Assembly (NCBI GenBank): GCA_051294905.1 | Contig: CM119372.1 | Span: forward strand, 18,044,001 to 18,108,000 | DNA length: 64,000 nt | From: Botryllus schlosseri | Lineage: Eukaryota | Reading direction: 5' to 3' | Shown here: one piece after another, positions 28,122 through 57,418 of the stretch | Layout of the letters: each line of letters opens with the position of its first letter | Numbering within the stretch: the first letter of the stretch is position 1 | Made by a program: the position numbers and the translations under genes | The notes under the pieces: generated by a model | The model's input: the letters and a program-made list of their open reading frames with translations, nothing else | Told to the model about the DNA's origin: nothing | Database searches by the model: none

Positions 28122-29094
28122 GGTTGCCAGTAAACTCGCCCCAAAGTAAATTCGGCCCGTCGAATTCGGCCCTCGGTCACTTCGGCCGTCGGTGAATTCG
28201 GCCCTCGGTAAATTCGGCCAGGGCCAGAGTAACAACAACAGTTACAATACCATTATCTAACCTGAACCCTAACCCTAATCCTAACCTAACCCTAATCCTA
28301 ACCTAATCCTAATCCTAACCCTTACCTAATCCTAACCTAACCCTAATCCTAACCCTAATCCTAACCATAACCTAACCCTAATCCTAACGCTAATCCTAAC
28401 CCTAAACCTAACCCCTTACCAAATCACTTGATAATATTATAATTATGTAATATAATACACATTATTAGTTATTAGTAGGTTTAGGGTTTGGATTAGCGTT
28501 AGGGTCAGGGTTAGGTTAGGTTAGGATTAGGTTTAGGATTAGGGTTAGGTTAGGGTTAGGTTAGAATTAGGGTTAGGGTTCAGGTTAGATAATATTATAA
28601 TTATGTATTCTAATACACAATTTCACACAATGTTCTCCGAGGGCCGAATATACCGATTGAATTCGGCTGTCGGTAAATTCGGCCCCGTAAACATCGGCAT
28701 ATATATATACATATATATATTTATACGCATACCCTGTTCTCCAAATCACTTGATAATAATATAATTATGAAATTAATTCACATTAATAGTTGGTAATACA
28801 TTTTTATAAAATATTCTCCGAGGGCAGAATTGACCGAGTAACCAGTGAATTGACCGGTGAATTCGGCCGTCGGTAAATTCGGTCCCCGTGAATATCCGCG
28901 CTATCTCCCGTGATTACGCGATCTACGCATACCCTGACATCCAAATCACTTAATAATAGTATAATTAGGCAATTAATTCATGTTAACGGTTGGTAATACA
29001 TTTTAATACAATTTTCTCGGTGGGCCGAATTTACTGATGTAATGGCCGAATTTGCCTGGGCCGAATTTACTTTGGGGCGAGTTTACTGGCAACC
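28122..29094. mobile_element. Foldback/MITE, Mutator-like by TSD length, with internal telomere-like arrays (level 4 of nest)
   Basis: Perfect 37-bp TIR GGTTGCCAGTAAACTCGCCCCAAAGTAAATTCGGCCC; perfect 9-bp TSD tgtcatcat (28113-28121, 29095-29103). Subterminal aattcggcc repeats; ~190-bp internal duplication at ~28630-29000. Confidence 0.9.
28256..28590. repeat. Degenerate telomere-like arrays: (CCCTAA/CCTAA)n at ~28256-28400 and (TTAGGG/TTAGG)n at ~28478-28590
   Basis: Read directly; the two arrays form an inverted pair inside the foldback element. Confidence 0.85.
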
Positions 29095-31309
29095 TGTCAT
29101 CATAGTGCTGTGCACAGGCGAGGTTTTCACTCAAATGCTGACCGATTGACGAAGCACATGCTTGGTAATCGTCATAGCAGTCTGTTTTGGCAGCCAATTT
29201 GCACTGACGTGTGAGCTCCGTGCGAGTATTTGCGCATGTTTTTGACCGAATCAATTTTGGGATATGCTGCTTGATACGCTCAAACAATCTTTGAGATGTA
29301 CGTCCTACATACCTACTATCACAGTGGCACTTGTATTGGTGAACAACATTACTTGCATTAAAGGCAGGAAGTACATCTTTTCGAGAGTTGGGCAACATGG
29401 GTTTCGTTGTGTACACCACATGCGTGTTTACGCTGTAATAACAACGGTGAACAGCCGACTTAATGAGTTTTTCAAAACGGTTGGACACGTTACCTAGCCA
29501 AGGTAAGTGTAAAAATGCCGGGCATTTTTCTGGTCCGTATTTGGGAGCTATATCCGATTTTTTCAAAACCCTGGAGATGGAGCATTTTAATATCTGGTCT
29601 GGATAGCCATTTTTGGACAGAATCAAGTGGATATCATCCAATTCACGTGACAGTTTTTCCGGTGAACAAATGCGCAAGGCCCGATTGACAAGAGATGAAA
29701 TAAGGTTTAGTTTACGCCGCTTCGGGCAGAATAAATCCCAACGGATATAATGACCAGTGAAGGTAGGTTTTCTGTACACCGACGTTAAAAACGTTTGTCC
29801 TGATCTCTCTACTAAGACGTCTAAAAAGGGAAGGGCAGCATCAGTTTCCTTTTCCACGGTAAATTGTAGAGCTGGATGGAGACAGTTCAATTTTTCGAAG
29901 AAATTATCACACTCTCGCTCATTTTTAAAGGCAACAAAGGTGTCATCGACATATCTAAAATGGAGGAGAGGTTTTGCGACGTTTTCAAACAATTTCTTTT
30001 CATGGTATCCTACGAATATATCGGCCAAACTAGGTCCCAACGGTGAACCCATCGCAATGCCATTGCATTGGCGGAACATCGTGTCATTAAAGCTAAATTC
30101 AACGCTACTAGTAGCAGTTTGCAACAATTCAAGAAATATTTCACGCGGTAGTTTCGGAGGTTCAAGCGTGCCATCATAAAGCGCGTCTGCGCAGATTTCG
30201 AAAGTTTCCGACAATGGTACGTTGGTAAAAAGACTTTTCACATCAAATGAGCTAAGAAATACATTGGACGGATTTAATTTGGCGCGTTTTAATTCGTCTA
30301 CAAACGTGAACGAGTCGCGAATACAGTAGTAGCCTTCGTGACTACTTTGACCACCTCTGCTTATAAGTATGTAGTCGCAGCTTCTGGGGAGCTCCTCCTC
30401 CAGACTCCAATTTCGCCTACCAACTTAATAGACATGCAGAGACTTGATGATTGTCGGGATATGAGAATTTTATACCAAGTGCGGAGATTTGATAATTGAC
30501 CCATCTGAACGGAATCATCTTCTTGATTGATACACGGATTTCTACGTCTATTCGCTACGACCCTTGAAAAAAGCGCTAAAACCAAAGAGGGTGGGCCCGT
30601 TGACCAGGGGGGGGGGGGCGGGCGACCGACCACACCACTCGCCCACCCCAAAAGCCACCACTGGCTATAATCATAGTCAAGGCTATGCTATAATCATAAT
30701 CATGATGAAGGTTTTTTCATTCGCTCAAGGCATAAAATGTCCTATGCGACACATAAGACACAGTGCGATGTAATGAACGTATAGGAGGATGTCGAAAGGC
30801 AAGACGTGGCAGAGTAGTCTTGATCTGATGACTCATGACTGTCCACGTCCATACCAGGGTTGTAATGACCCGATTAATTTTGTTGAAATGCGTAAAATGA
30901 TTTTGCTGGACTCGAGTAAAAGTGGGATTGACTTAATTCGGAATTTTGACCTTGTGTTTCTTTTTTCGTGGCTTCAAGATTTATCCAAACCCCCGTTAAC
31001 AACAACAAATTAACAAGTTTGAATCATGGCACAAGAAAACCAATTGAATTGAATAAAAACCAAGACTGTGAGCAAACTCATTATCATCATCAGGGTCTGT
31101 CATCGATTGTCTTTTCTCCAGATCCTTCCAGACATTTTATAATTATCCGGTTGGCATGACGAAGGCGTTTCTGTTTTCTCTTGTACCTTCACGATTCTGC
31201 CGGAAATATTATGCGAAAGTCAAAAGTAAGATTTGCTGGCTCAGATATCTGCGGGTCTGCGACTCCGTCGAAAATATATATATATATTATATCGTAGAAG
31301 GAAGGAACT

Positions 31310-47844
<16,535 letters not shown>

Positions 47845-48961
47845 TCGGCGTCGAGTTGTAGTAGAATGTCGTTGCGAACGTGCCGGACGAAGGAACGCGC
47901 TCAAGCTGTTCATTTTTGTCGCCAAATGAAGTTTACGGCGTGCGGCACGGGCTGCTCAGGCTCTAAAAGTAGTCAAGACTTTTATGTTATCGACCTGCAT
48001 CAGAATGGCATCGTGTTCCCATCGGAAAATGGTCGCGTTATTGCAATGAAATCAGTGTCTTTCCCTTGTAGGGTTTTTCTTGTATTTTTTGAATAGTTTG
48101 CATCGCTCTGCACTGCGTCGCGTCGGGAAACAGTCGACTTTTTGTATGACCTGGCGAACGCTGACGAGTAGACGCTAAGTTCCGGCAGTAGCGCATAGTA
48201 TGATATGATTTGAACAGACACACTTGTTATCCCGATTATGAGCTTTTTTGTATCATCCTGATTGCATTTTTATTAAGAGAGTTAATACCGAAAATCAGCG
48301 CTTTTATCCGTCTTGCATACAGTACATTCCATGATCGGCCTTTCTCCGAATGCAGAACGCTTATGATGCGCTCTTCGGGGACGCGGTGTGTAAAAAGAAA
48401 CGGCTTGTGCGTGTTTTGTACTGACGCGGGCCAGTGATTATTGATTTAGCAGGTGATCGTAATCAAATATGTATCCGCAATGAAATAGATCGAATCAATG
48501 GTGCCGATTCCACCTCAACTTGGGGGGATATTAGTGGGCCCAAAGTCCGATACCGAGCTCGGTTTAGTAACTTTTTGCTACTGCTCGTGTTTTTATGGAA
48601 GTGAAAGAAATTCGATACCAAACAAAATTTGGTTCATTCCATTATAAATGGGGAGATGACAACGCTAATTATATAATACAACATACATATTCAGGCTTCG
48701 CAATTTCAACAAGATCAATTCCTATTCTGAAATGGAACTAATGATTACTTCGCATTTGTACATGGCATATTAGCTTTATTGTAGACGCGTAAATGTATAT
48801 TCTACATGGTTAATTTTGAACGTAATGCATTCTGTAATTTTATGCGATGCGGATGATCTATTTTTCAATTGTATGATTTTAACACTCATATCGGTGAATT
48901 GATTAAATGCTGAAAATTAGTACTTGTCTCCTGAAACGATGTTCAAAGCGGGTTTAAAGGT

Positions 48962-49230
48962 CTGACCGAGCGAGATAGTGTAATGGTGATGCGTCCGGCT
49001 TCTTGATCGGTAGGTCGTAGGTTCGATCCCCGGCCGGCTCAGAGCAAAGACTCGGAAACTGGTATCCACAGCTATCCTGCTAGGCGTTCAGCATCCACGG
49101 GCAGCTTGGAGGAGAGAAAAAACGGCAGTGCATGCTCGATGACCTTACGCCACGGTCGTATCGCATCTCCGTCGTCAAAGCATCTCGATGGTGCGGGCGA
49201 AAAAGCATATCTTATCTCCTTCTCTCGCAG
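48962..49230 (+). mobile_element. tRNA-derived SINE
   Basis: A-box TAGTGTAATGG, B-box GGTTCGATCCC, then body aaagactcggaaactggtatcc...tcgcatctccgtcgtcaaagcatc. A second copy lies at 52140-52371 (-). Confidence 0.85.
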
Positions 49231-49610
49231 TCTACAGGTTGACTTTTTTTGACAGATAAAGTATAAACCAGGCACCGAAATCGCAAGAAGCGCAAAGAAA
49301 TTCAACAAATATTACATATTAACACAGGGGTGGGCAATTATTTTCTTCCACGGGCCAAATGAGAAGTAGAAAATACGTTGGCGGGCCGAGTGGAAAATTT
49401 TAGCTATATTCTCCAGCGCCTTTTGATTTTGCATCTAAATTACATCGTTAGTAAATGTTGCTCAGTGAATATGCTGATGTTTAGTAATGAGAAACTGACG
49501 GATAATTGAAAAATATCTATTTACCGTCATGATTGGAAGCAACGTTAAACATGATACATTTTTAACTCTCTTTAAACCCCTGTCCACGTTCTTCTATTAA
49601 GACTCCAAAA

Positions 49611-49920
49611 CAGTGGTTCTCAAGCTTTTTTAGGCACGCCTTCCTTTATGAGAATGAAACATTTCGCGCTCCCCATATCAAGATATTAGAAAATATTAAA
49701 TAGTATAACCAGAAAGCTAGCAATACTAACGGATAGTTTGATGGCATGGAAGGTTCTGGCTGTTAATGAGAGAATTCAGAAATATGAAAGTCGCCGAATA
49801 CATATAGCCAAAACGAAACGCAAGAGATAAATCACGCGTAGCGCGGAAAAATGTTTCATTAAACGTCGGCTTCGCGCCACCCTTCTGATGCTTTAACGCC
49901 CCTCAGTTCGAGAACCACTG
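49611..49920. mobile_element. hAT-type MITE, related in opposite orientation to 52912-53226
   Basis: TIR cagtggttctc/gagaaccactg; shared internal tttgatggcatggaagg. TSD not recognisable. Confidence 0.65.
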
Positions 49921-52139
49921 CACTGAAATGTATATGCAATAGTACAAAGCTTGTTTTCGTGGTCGCTACCTTCCGAGCAGTGTGCACTGTGCACTGTGCA
50001 GCTTAAAAAGCCCTTATGTAGAGTAAAGCTTGCAGTTTTTCTGAACTTCGTCCTCTCTTGACTGAGAGTTTCGTGTTTTTGTCATAAGATCGACTTTACT
50101 TAGTGTCCTTAATCTTATCGACATGCTCCGCAAAAACTAAAACGACGGGTTTACCCCTGACTCCAGTATACAAATATTTAGTGCTCTAGTCTAAACCTAA
50201 ACCTTCTTTGAATTTCAGTTTTAGGCTTTCTTTTTTGGCATGCCCGTTAATCCTTTATGGGTGATACATATGATGAGTCGTATAGTAATCGCGAGCACTG
50301 ATTGATTTGCTTTACGAATTAGGGATTCGGAAGCGTTTTACGAATTAGGGATTTAGAAACGTATCACGTAACAATTTTAAACGCATGCCGTATAATGCAC
50401 AATGTGGCATTGTCACAGTGACAATGGCAAGGAAGAAGGTTTGAACTATTTCTAAATAATTATTTTTTGTGACTTCAATTGCTAGTCATAATTTGCCACA
50501 TTTCCTTTATTTTGAATCTGGATTACGCATGCGAGGTAAGTAGTCAGCGTAATCGTGGCATATTATTGAACAGGTTTCAAAGTATACGAATTTACTGTTC
50601 ATTTGATACCGACTATGGTTTTAGTAATTCAAAAAGCAAGTTTCATGTTTTGAATTACAAGCAACCTTTGGTGCCGTAACGACCCGAGTTCTACCCCTTG
50701 CGTGACAGGTTACAGAAACTTCGAAATTTGAATCTTCAGTGATGGTATTTGCAACTATCCTCGTGCTAGTAGAATGATGATTGTTTCGTGACAGAAAGTA
50801 GAAGGACAATTTAACGTCATTTTTCCCGCGCGTCGAGGACGTGCTGATGCACAATGCCGCTGGCTACACCCGTTTTCGTACCATACTTTCGAACCATTAC
50901 AGTGCGCAAACATAAATTCACTGCGGCTGGTGCGGAACAAAGTTATTGGTAAAGCTACAAGTAGTCGTAAGTCAAACGACTTTTTACAATTGCTTCGCAA
51001 CTACAAAAGTTGGGAGCCACTTCACTTGAATTTCCTATAAGGTATATTTGAATCATCCCGTGCGTACCATCCCACAGATTGAAAATCACTGCTGTATGAG
51101 ATTCGTGGCCAGCTAATAAGTCTCATGCTGTCAGCCAACCATCTTCAGCCACCAGTGTAACATTGAAGCGGTGGTGTGTGTAAACATGAGACACGTCAAT
51201 GCAAACAAAACTGCCGGCAGTCCTAATCGAGTATCGACAACAATTGATCAGAGAAATTTCAGAAAATTGCTTGGTTCGACATCACCCAGAATGGGTAGCG
51301 ATTTTTAGAACAGGCAGATGTTCAGAAGATTTTTCGTTGAGTTCACGTCAGTGGCTTACGTGACTGCATACTGAGTGTGCACTGTGCAGTGCATATAGAG
51401 GCATTCATATATTGAAGATACACATCAAATTAGCATGGTAGTTTTCAAGATTAAGACGGTAAAGATACAGGGGTATAGAGAACGGGCGGACACTATGTTT
51501 TCACCGCAATCATTAAGCAGCTGTTATCGCTCATGCTCATTGCTCAATGCTCACTAAATTATTGCTCAGCCTCAGTAGGGTCTGTATCAGGCCTCAGGGG
51601 TGGTGCGAAAGTTCTGTTCACATTCGTGTTCGGTATGAGGACCTCGATATTTCACAGATTTGAGTTCTCAATATGTAAGCCGACCTAGCATGATTCTCCG
51701 CAATGAGCATTTTTTGAACTAGGATAAGCCTTTCAAGGCAAACCAGCCTCATGCGCCTGCCGCATATCAAAAATCTTAGCCGCGCGAGATTTCATGTTGC
51801 CATGCAGGCTTCTTGATTATTGAGTACCTTTCCCTCAAGAAATAATACGCATGATTTATCGAAATGGGCATTTCGGCGTCGTCCGTTACCGCGCCGCGAC
51901 GCACCCAGACATAATGAAGTTGTAGGCCCTTTAACACGCGACTCCGAGGAGTGTTCCAAAACGAACAGTTCGATATCTGTACTAGGCTTACCATACGTCC
52001 TCTTTTAAGAGGATTTGTCCTCTTTTTTGACTTTTTTGAAAGTGTCCTCGGAGCAGTGGCGTAGCAGCCATCTGGCGGTTCTGGCTCTGCGCCAGGGGCG
52101 GCAGGCTCCAAGGGGGCGGCAAAATGAGGCTGCACAGTG

Positions 52140-52371
52140 AGAGAGATGCCTGCATCATCGTGATGCTTTGACGACGGAGATGCGATAAGGACTTTATAGT
52201 AAGGTCATCTAGTCTGCACCCCGTTTTTTTCTCCTCCGTGATTGCTGGGCGTCTAGCGGGATAACCGCGGATACCAGTTTTCGAGTCTTCGGTCTGACCC
52301 GGCCGGGGATCAGGCCCACAACCTACCAATCAAGAAGCCGGACGCATCACCATTACACTATCTCGCGCGGC
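52140..52371 (-). mobile_element. tRNA-derived SINE, same family as 48962-49230
   Basis: Reverse complement gcgagatagtgtaatggtgatgcgtccggcttcttgat...gaagactcgaaaactggtatcc...tcgcatctccgtcgtcaaagcatc. Confidence 0.85.
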
Positions 52372-52911
52372 GTGTAGACAGCCGGCTAAAAGAAGAGTGC
52401 TTGGTAGTCCTATAGCTGGCGTCCCGTCAGCTAAAATTTAATTAAACAGGTCTCAATCGAAAGCTAGTGTCGCACTGATTCCGAAAACACGAAATAATAT
52501 GGTAACATGGCGAAGGAATCACTCCGAAATAGCCGTCACGGCCGATTGTTCGGAGAGTTCGCAGAAAAAGGAGAATGTCTGGCGAATAAAACAGAAGATG
52601 CTGGCCTCAGTGTTGTTGAAGAATTTAGACGATGCATGTTTCAAGCATAGGACAGATTTAAACTTGAAGCTGAAACTAGGTTTACCGGCATTCACCACTT
52701 AAATGATATATTTGGATTTTTGAATTCCCACGCGCTGCTGCAAAGCGAAAGTCACAATTTATTCACCAGCGCTTTTAGAAGCACTTATGACGACGAGGTG
52801 GACTTTTTGGCGTTAGCTGCGAAAATTGTCATGCCTTATACCTCGAATTAGGGGTCATATAAAGCAGAAGATTGCTAGCTTTTCGTACAAACCAATATGA
52901 GGCCTCTAGGA

Positions 52912-53226
52912 CAGGGGTTCTCAACCTGGGGGACGCGCCCCCGTTGGGGGTGCGTGAAAGCATCTTAAGGGGGCGCGAAGAATCGGTCAAATGATTTTTT
53001 TTCGCGCTATGCGCGATTTATTTCCAATTCACGCGTGTTTCTCTTTATATAGACCCAGTTTCTTATTTTTAAATTCTCTCATCAACAGTCATACCCTTCC
53101 ATGCCATCAAACAATCTGTTAGGGTTGCTAGCATCCCGGTTGGATCTTGTAATATGACGATACGAGGGCGCGGAATTTTTCGCTATCCTAAAGGGGGGCG
53201 TGTCTAAAAAAAGTTGCGAACCACTG
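52912..53226. mobile_element. hAT (Buster-type TSD) MITE nested in 52054-53841
   Basis: TIR caggggttctcaac/gttgcgaaccactg; TSD ctctagga/ctctggga. Confidence 0.78.
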
Positions 53227-54251
53227 CTCTGGGACGAACACAAATTAAGTTATAATCATATGAAGTTGTTCAACTTGAGATTTTAAAAGGGTTAAGAGGC
53301 TGGTGCGGAGCAGTGAAACCACGTTTGATCGTAGTGCAACAACGTTTGATGTTTTACAGTGGTTGTTTAATGCAAAGCTACTTGATTCGACACCGTATTT
53401 ATGCTCGTGTCTGAAACTTTATCTGAACATTGGTGTTTCAACTGCGAGCTGTGTGAGGAGCTTCTCAAAGCTCAAACTGATTAAGTCTTATATATTTAGT
53501 TCTATCATGAATAATGATCGGCTATCAGCTCCATCCATTCTGTCTATAGAAAGAGACTACGTTCAAAAACTTGAATTTGAGGATATTATCGCTGCTTTTG
53601 CTTTGAGGCGGCCATTAATTTTCTATTTGTACAATACATTCGTTCGCTATTTCTTGTTTTTATTATTTTTGGCGTCATTAACGTCGAGACGGTGAGGCTG
53701 AGAAGCGGCATATTATTTGTAATCATTCCTATTGACAAGATTACTTGAACATCAATCTATGTCGAAATTTGATGCGGTCTACCTAGGGGGGCGGCATTTT
53801 CAAGAGAGCCAGGGGCGGCAGCACATGCTGCTACGCCAGTGCCTCGGAGGACGCCCTTTTGTCCTCTTTTTTGAGATTTTGTCCTCTTTTTTGAAAATTT
53901 AGGTCAGATTTAGAGGAAATCGCGAATGATATGCCGTAAATTAGCGCAGAAGTGAAGCTCCGGCGGGTATTTCGGAGGGAAAAGTGGTGATTTAAGCCCT
54001 GAGCGAAAAGAATCCCTTTTTTTTTTCAAGTCATCCACCTGGCAATGTAGAGGGAAAAACGTTATTTTGAGCTCTGAGTGGAAGTGATGACCTTTTATTT
54101 TTATTTTTTTAGTCAACCGATCACGAAGTGGGAAAAATTTACCGGTTTTTGAGAATTCTTCTCCAGTTTTGCATGTCTGAAATTTCTGAAAAAGTGTCCT
54201 CTTTTTACATTTCCAAAATATGGTAAGCCTAATCTATACAGATATGTTTAA

Positions 54252-54605
54252 TAGGGCTCTTCAAAAATGACTTTTTTTCTCAAATCGTATTGGCTGCTTG
54301 ATAAAATTGTTAGGTTACCTAATTTCAGCCTACACACAAAATTTGGTTCAATTCCAGCCAGTAACCGCTTTGCTACATGAGAAGAAAGTTTCTATTTATT
54401 ATCTAAAAATAAATAATAAAAAATTTGAAAATTTTCTATTCACCCCATGAAAGTGTTAGGCTGACTATAGAAACGATCCTCACCGAATTTGGTTCAATTC
54501 CAACCAGTGGAAGCGGAGTTATTGCCGTCGAAAAATTTTGATTTGAATATAATAGTATTTACGGTGACCGATTCTTTGTTTATTTATTATAGTTGTGCTC
54601 ACCGT
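54252..54605. mobile_element. Truncated copy of the 34785-35348 MITE
   Basis: Near-collinear with 34785-35135 from the tagggctcttcaaaaatgac terminus. Confidence 0.8.
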
Positions 54606-55771
54606 AAATACTATTTTATTCAAATCAAAATTTTTAGTAAGTACATTAATAACTGATCTGAATAAAGTTTGTCGCCATTCGCCACACGACATTTCAATCT
54701 CCCAGAAAATAGGTAAATCCAATCCAAATCCAAATCCGTTCTGAAAAAAATGTCTAATCCAAATCCAATCCAAATCCGACAAAATTTCACAAATCCTGTT
54801 TTTTCAAAACCTAATCCTAATCCATGCTCATGCTCATCTCTGCCTCCTGTATAGCTTTGACAGCTAGGCTAATGAACAGGCTGAAGTATAGAACGCCATA
54901 AATGACGCGAAATCTGTAATGTAGACGTTCGAACGGGTCATTCGGGAGTAGGGCTGGAAAATGACCTTCTTTTTACTCAACTATATTTGTAAATACTATT
55001 TATGAATCTAATAAGTAACACTCCCATTATTCGATTTACGGATAAATCTCCCAAACTATTCCCTCTTTTCCATACATCTAACGCAATATGACTATTGGTT
55101 ATCAACCTTTTGCAAGCCGTGACAGGATTATTATGAACAGATTGCTCAATGCCCATTGCTCAATGACATAGATGCGACTGGCGAGGCGCTAGAAGAGAGG
55201 TGTCATGGATTACATACGCCAACGCCAAGTAATGCCGAGTAACTGAGAATATGCTGTAGTTCGTCCGTATGAATAGGGCTGGGCACAATGATTCGAGCAA
55301 TCCAACCTGAATCGAGTAATAATTGTAATGATTCGGGTAGTGAGCAATGTTCCCTTTAGGCTGCGCACGTGCGCAATTGCGCAATGCGCAGTGGTGACAC
55401 GGTCTCGGCGCACAGAAAATCTAAGCTGCGCACAAAACAATCCGAACTGATGACCTTTTTTTAGTCGTTACGCACTGTTGTCCAAGGGACCGAGCAGTGA
55501 GTTGGTGAGTGCGCGCAGACTCGTGAAGAATTAGAGCAACTCAAATTGTGTCGCGGGCCGGATTCAAACCATCTCATCGCTCGCAGGCCGGACCATTCAA
55601 ATGATTGAAATTCAATACCCTTGTTTTTTGCTTGAATACTCAATTATTAAGCCTACACAATAATATATTACATTATAACGGATCGTAGGGTTCTACTCTA
55701 GCTACACCTTCATTAGCGAACAATGGAATCAGCAAAATTAAGAATATGGCTGGTTACATATGGTAATATCA

Positions 55772-56008
55772 TAGTGTCCTATATCGTGTGGACACAAGCA
55801 AATCACACGGCTCAGTGAAATTGGTCCACGTCACACTTTCCATTTGGTCAAAGACAATTTTACGGCCATTTTTGACCGGCTTTCTGAGCGCTAAATTCGA
55901 TACTACGGGTATCAATGGAAAGCTGCTGCCGTACCGATTAAAAGTGTGGCGTAGACCAATTTCACTGATCAGTGAGATTTGCTTGTGTCCACACTATATA
56001 GGACACTA
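55772..56008. mobile_element. Short palindromic MITE with TA ends
   Basis: tagtgtcctatat.gtgtggacacaagcaaatc is inverted at gatttgcttgtgtccacac.atataggacacta. Confidence 0.75.
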
Positions 56009-56377
56009 GGGTAATGTAAAGTGCGAAAAGAGTAGTGATATACCTCATGTGTATGCGTTATGAGGAATACGTAAGATATATTGAAGCTGGTTCATTACTA
56101 TTATATCGCGATTCGGGTTTCTCCGTGTGCAGCGGTTCTCTGTTAAGTCATAAGCGAAATTGGGTGTGCGTCCACAGATATTTGAATTATATTTTTGTGT
56201 AACAATTATATTCTCCATGTAACCTGCAAATACCGGTTTCTCGCTATGGCGGTTTCACTGCTGTGAATAACTACTTTTTGGCCCATTTTCCGTAAAACTC
56301 GGAATTGAGTGTGCATCATTTTGCTTTCTCGTAATTGGACGTTAATGACGGCTCTTCCTTGCTGATGCTGACTAGAA

Positions 56378-57418
56378 TAGGGTTGCCATACGTCCGGAAT
56401 TTCACTGAAAAATCTGCGTCCGGGAGTAATTTCTAAAATACGCCTAAATGTCCGGAATTTTGAAGGCTTGAAGCAGGCTCAAAAGTTTATCGTAAATCAA
56501 CATAAACAATATTATTTTCAAGCAGATTTATGCTATTCAAAGTTGTTCTTCGCGCCGCGCGCGAGTTAATGCAACGTATAATGATATTAGTATGGGCACC
56601 AGACACCACCCTCTCCAAAAAATGCAATCAAAAGTAATATAAATAACCATCATTTACTGAAATAAGTCTGATTGGAATCGCAATTATAAGCTAACGGTAT
56701 ATTCCTAGAGCTGGTTAAGGCCGATTGGATGCTTCAATCACAGACAGTGGTTCCAAATCTTGGGGTCGTTCGCCTTTATCTTGGGATCGCGATGATGTTG
56801 AGCTTTGTCACGGAACATTTTCAAGTGGGAAATGAGGTCGCGACCATGAAAGGTTGGAAATCACCGGATGTGCAACCTGCTGGTGTATTTATACTTATAG
56901 CCTAATATATGGAAGAATCAATGTTATTGACAGAATTCATACATAAAATTTAACAGCCAAATGTACACAGTAAGTGCCCAACAAGTTACATTGACTATCC
57001 TATGATGGGCCCAAGATCAGAGCTTTTTTATGCGGAAGGGGGGGGGGGGGGGAGAAAAAATGTTGTTTCGGATCTGATTAAAACACATATACAGATAGCC
57101 GCACCGACCTAACAGTATAGCAGGACTGCCAAACACAATTCTGAAAGGCCAGACACGACTCGCCAGATGATTTCATGCGGCCCGTGGAGGAATCTATTGC
57201 AGACCCTAGCAAGTAGCAATCACCAGAGCTCACATTACAGATGGCCCAATTCATAACCTATGTTCCACTGCATTCCTGTATAGTGTATACAGTCGATGGA
57301 CGATGCTTTGCCAGTGTGACGTCATATTGACGGTCAATGAGTTACACCTCATTTTAAAATCCGCTAGTGGGCGCTAAAGAGTATCCGGAATTTGCTTCAC
57401 AAAAATATTGTAACCATA
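56378..57418. mobile_element. hAT MITE (tagggttgccata) nested in 55345-57662; holds a further small MITE at ~56745-56866
   Basis: Imperfect TIR tagggttgccata/tattgtaaccata, tccggaattt subterminal repeats, perfect TSD gactagaa (56370-56377, 57419-57426). Confidence 0.8.

Larger units (their letters stand above)
27671..30327 (-). mobile_element. 5'-truncated Penelope-like retroelement (RT + GIY-YIG endonuclease), split by an insertion (level 3 of nest)
   Basis: RT motifs SFDVKSLFTNVP, GIAMGSPLGP, FRYVDD, LPFLDV, VYRKPT. GIY-YIG: VVHQYKCHCDSRYVGRTSQRLFERIKQH. Removing 28122-29094 plus one TSD continues the frame YDDNMFTVIARGRSLFHLKVLESTIIQLNKPILCRQKDFLYNLQISH* (stop 27979-27981). Flanked by the direct repeat agtagccttc (27661-27670, 30328-30337). 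Confidence 0.92.
26439..30359. mobile_element. Non-autonomous hAT element with ctacttctact subterminal repeats (level 2 of nest)
   Basis: TIR cagaggtggtca/tgaccacctctg; perfect 8-bp TSD cttataag (26431-26438, 30360-30367). Confidence 0.88.
26383..30663. mobile_element. Outer non-autonomous hAT element (level 1 of nest)
   Basis: TIR cagtggtggc/gccaccactg; 8-bp TSD gccataat (26375-26382) / gctataat (30664-30671). Confidence 0.75.
52054..53841 (+). mobile_element. Internally deleted hAT transposon with transposase dimerisation-domain remnant (53303-53695), itself carrying a SINE and a MITE
   Basis: TIR cagtggcgtagcagc/gctgctacgccagtg; perfect TSD cctcggag (52046-52053, 53842-53849). Remnant LKLYLNIGVSTASCVRSFSKLKLIKSY...RLSAPSILSIE...IIAAFA. 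Confidence 0.88.
51983..54231. mobile_element. hAT MITE (tagg.ttaccata family) interrupted by a second hAT element
   Basis: TIR taggcttaccata/tatggtaagccta; TSD atctgtac/atctatac; intact sibling at 63337-63737. Confidence 0.85.

Noticed and set aside
28256..28590. Telomere fusion scar or telomere-targeting retroelement
   Set aside because: The order is CCCTAA then TTAGGG, opposite to an end-to-end fusion. The arrays lie inside a TIR/TSD-bounded element that inserted into the retroelement afterwards.
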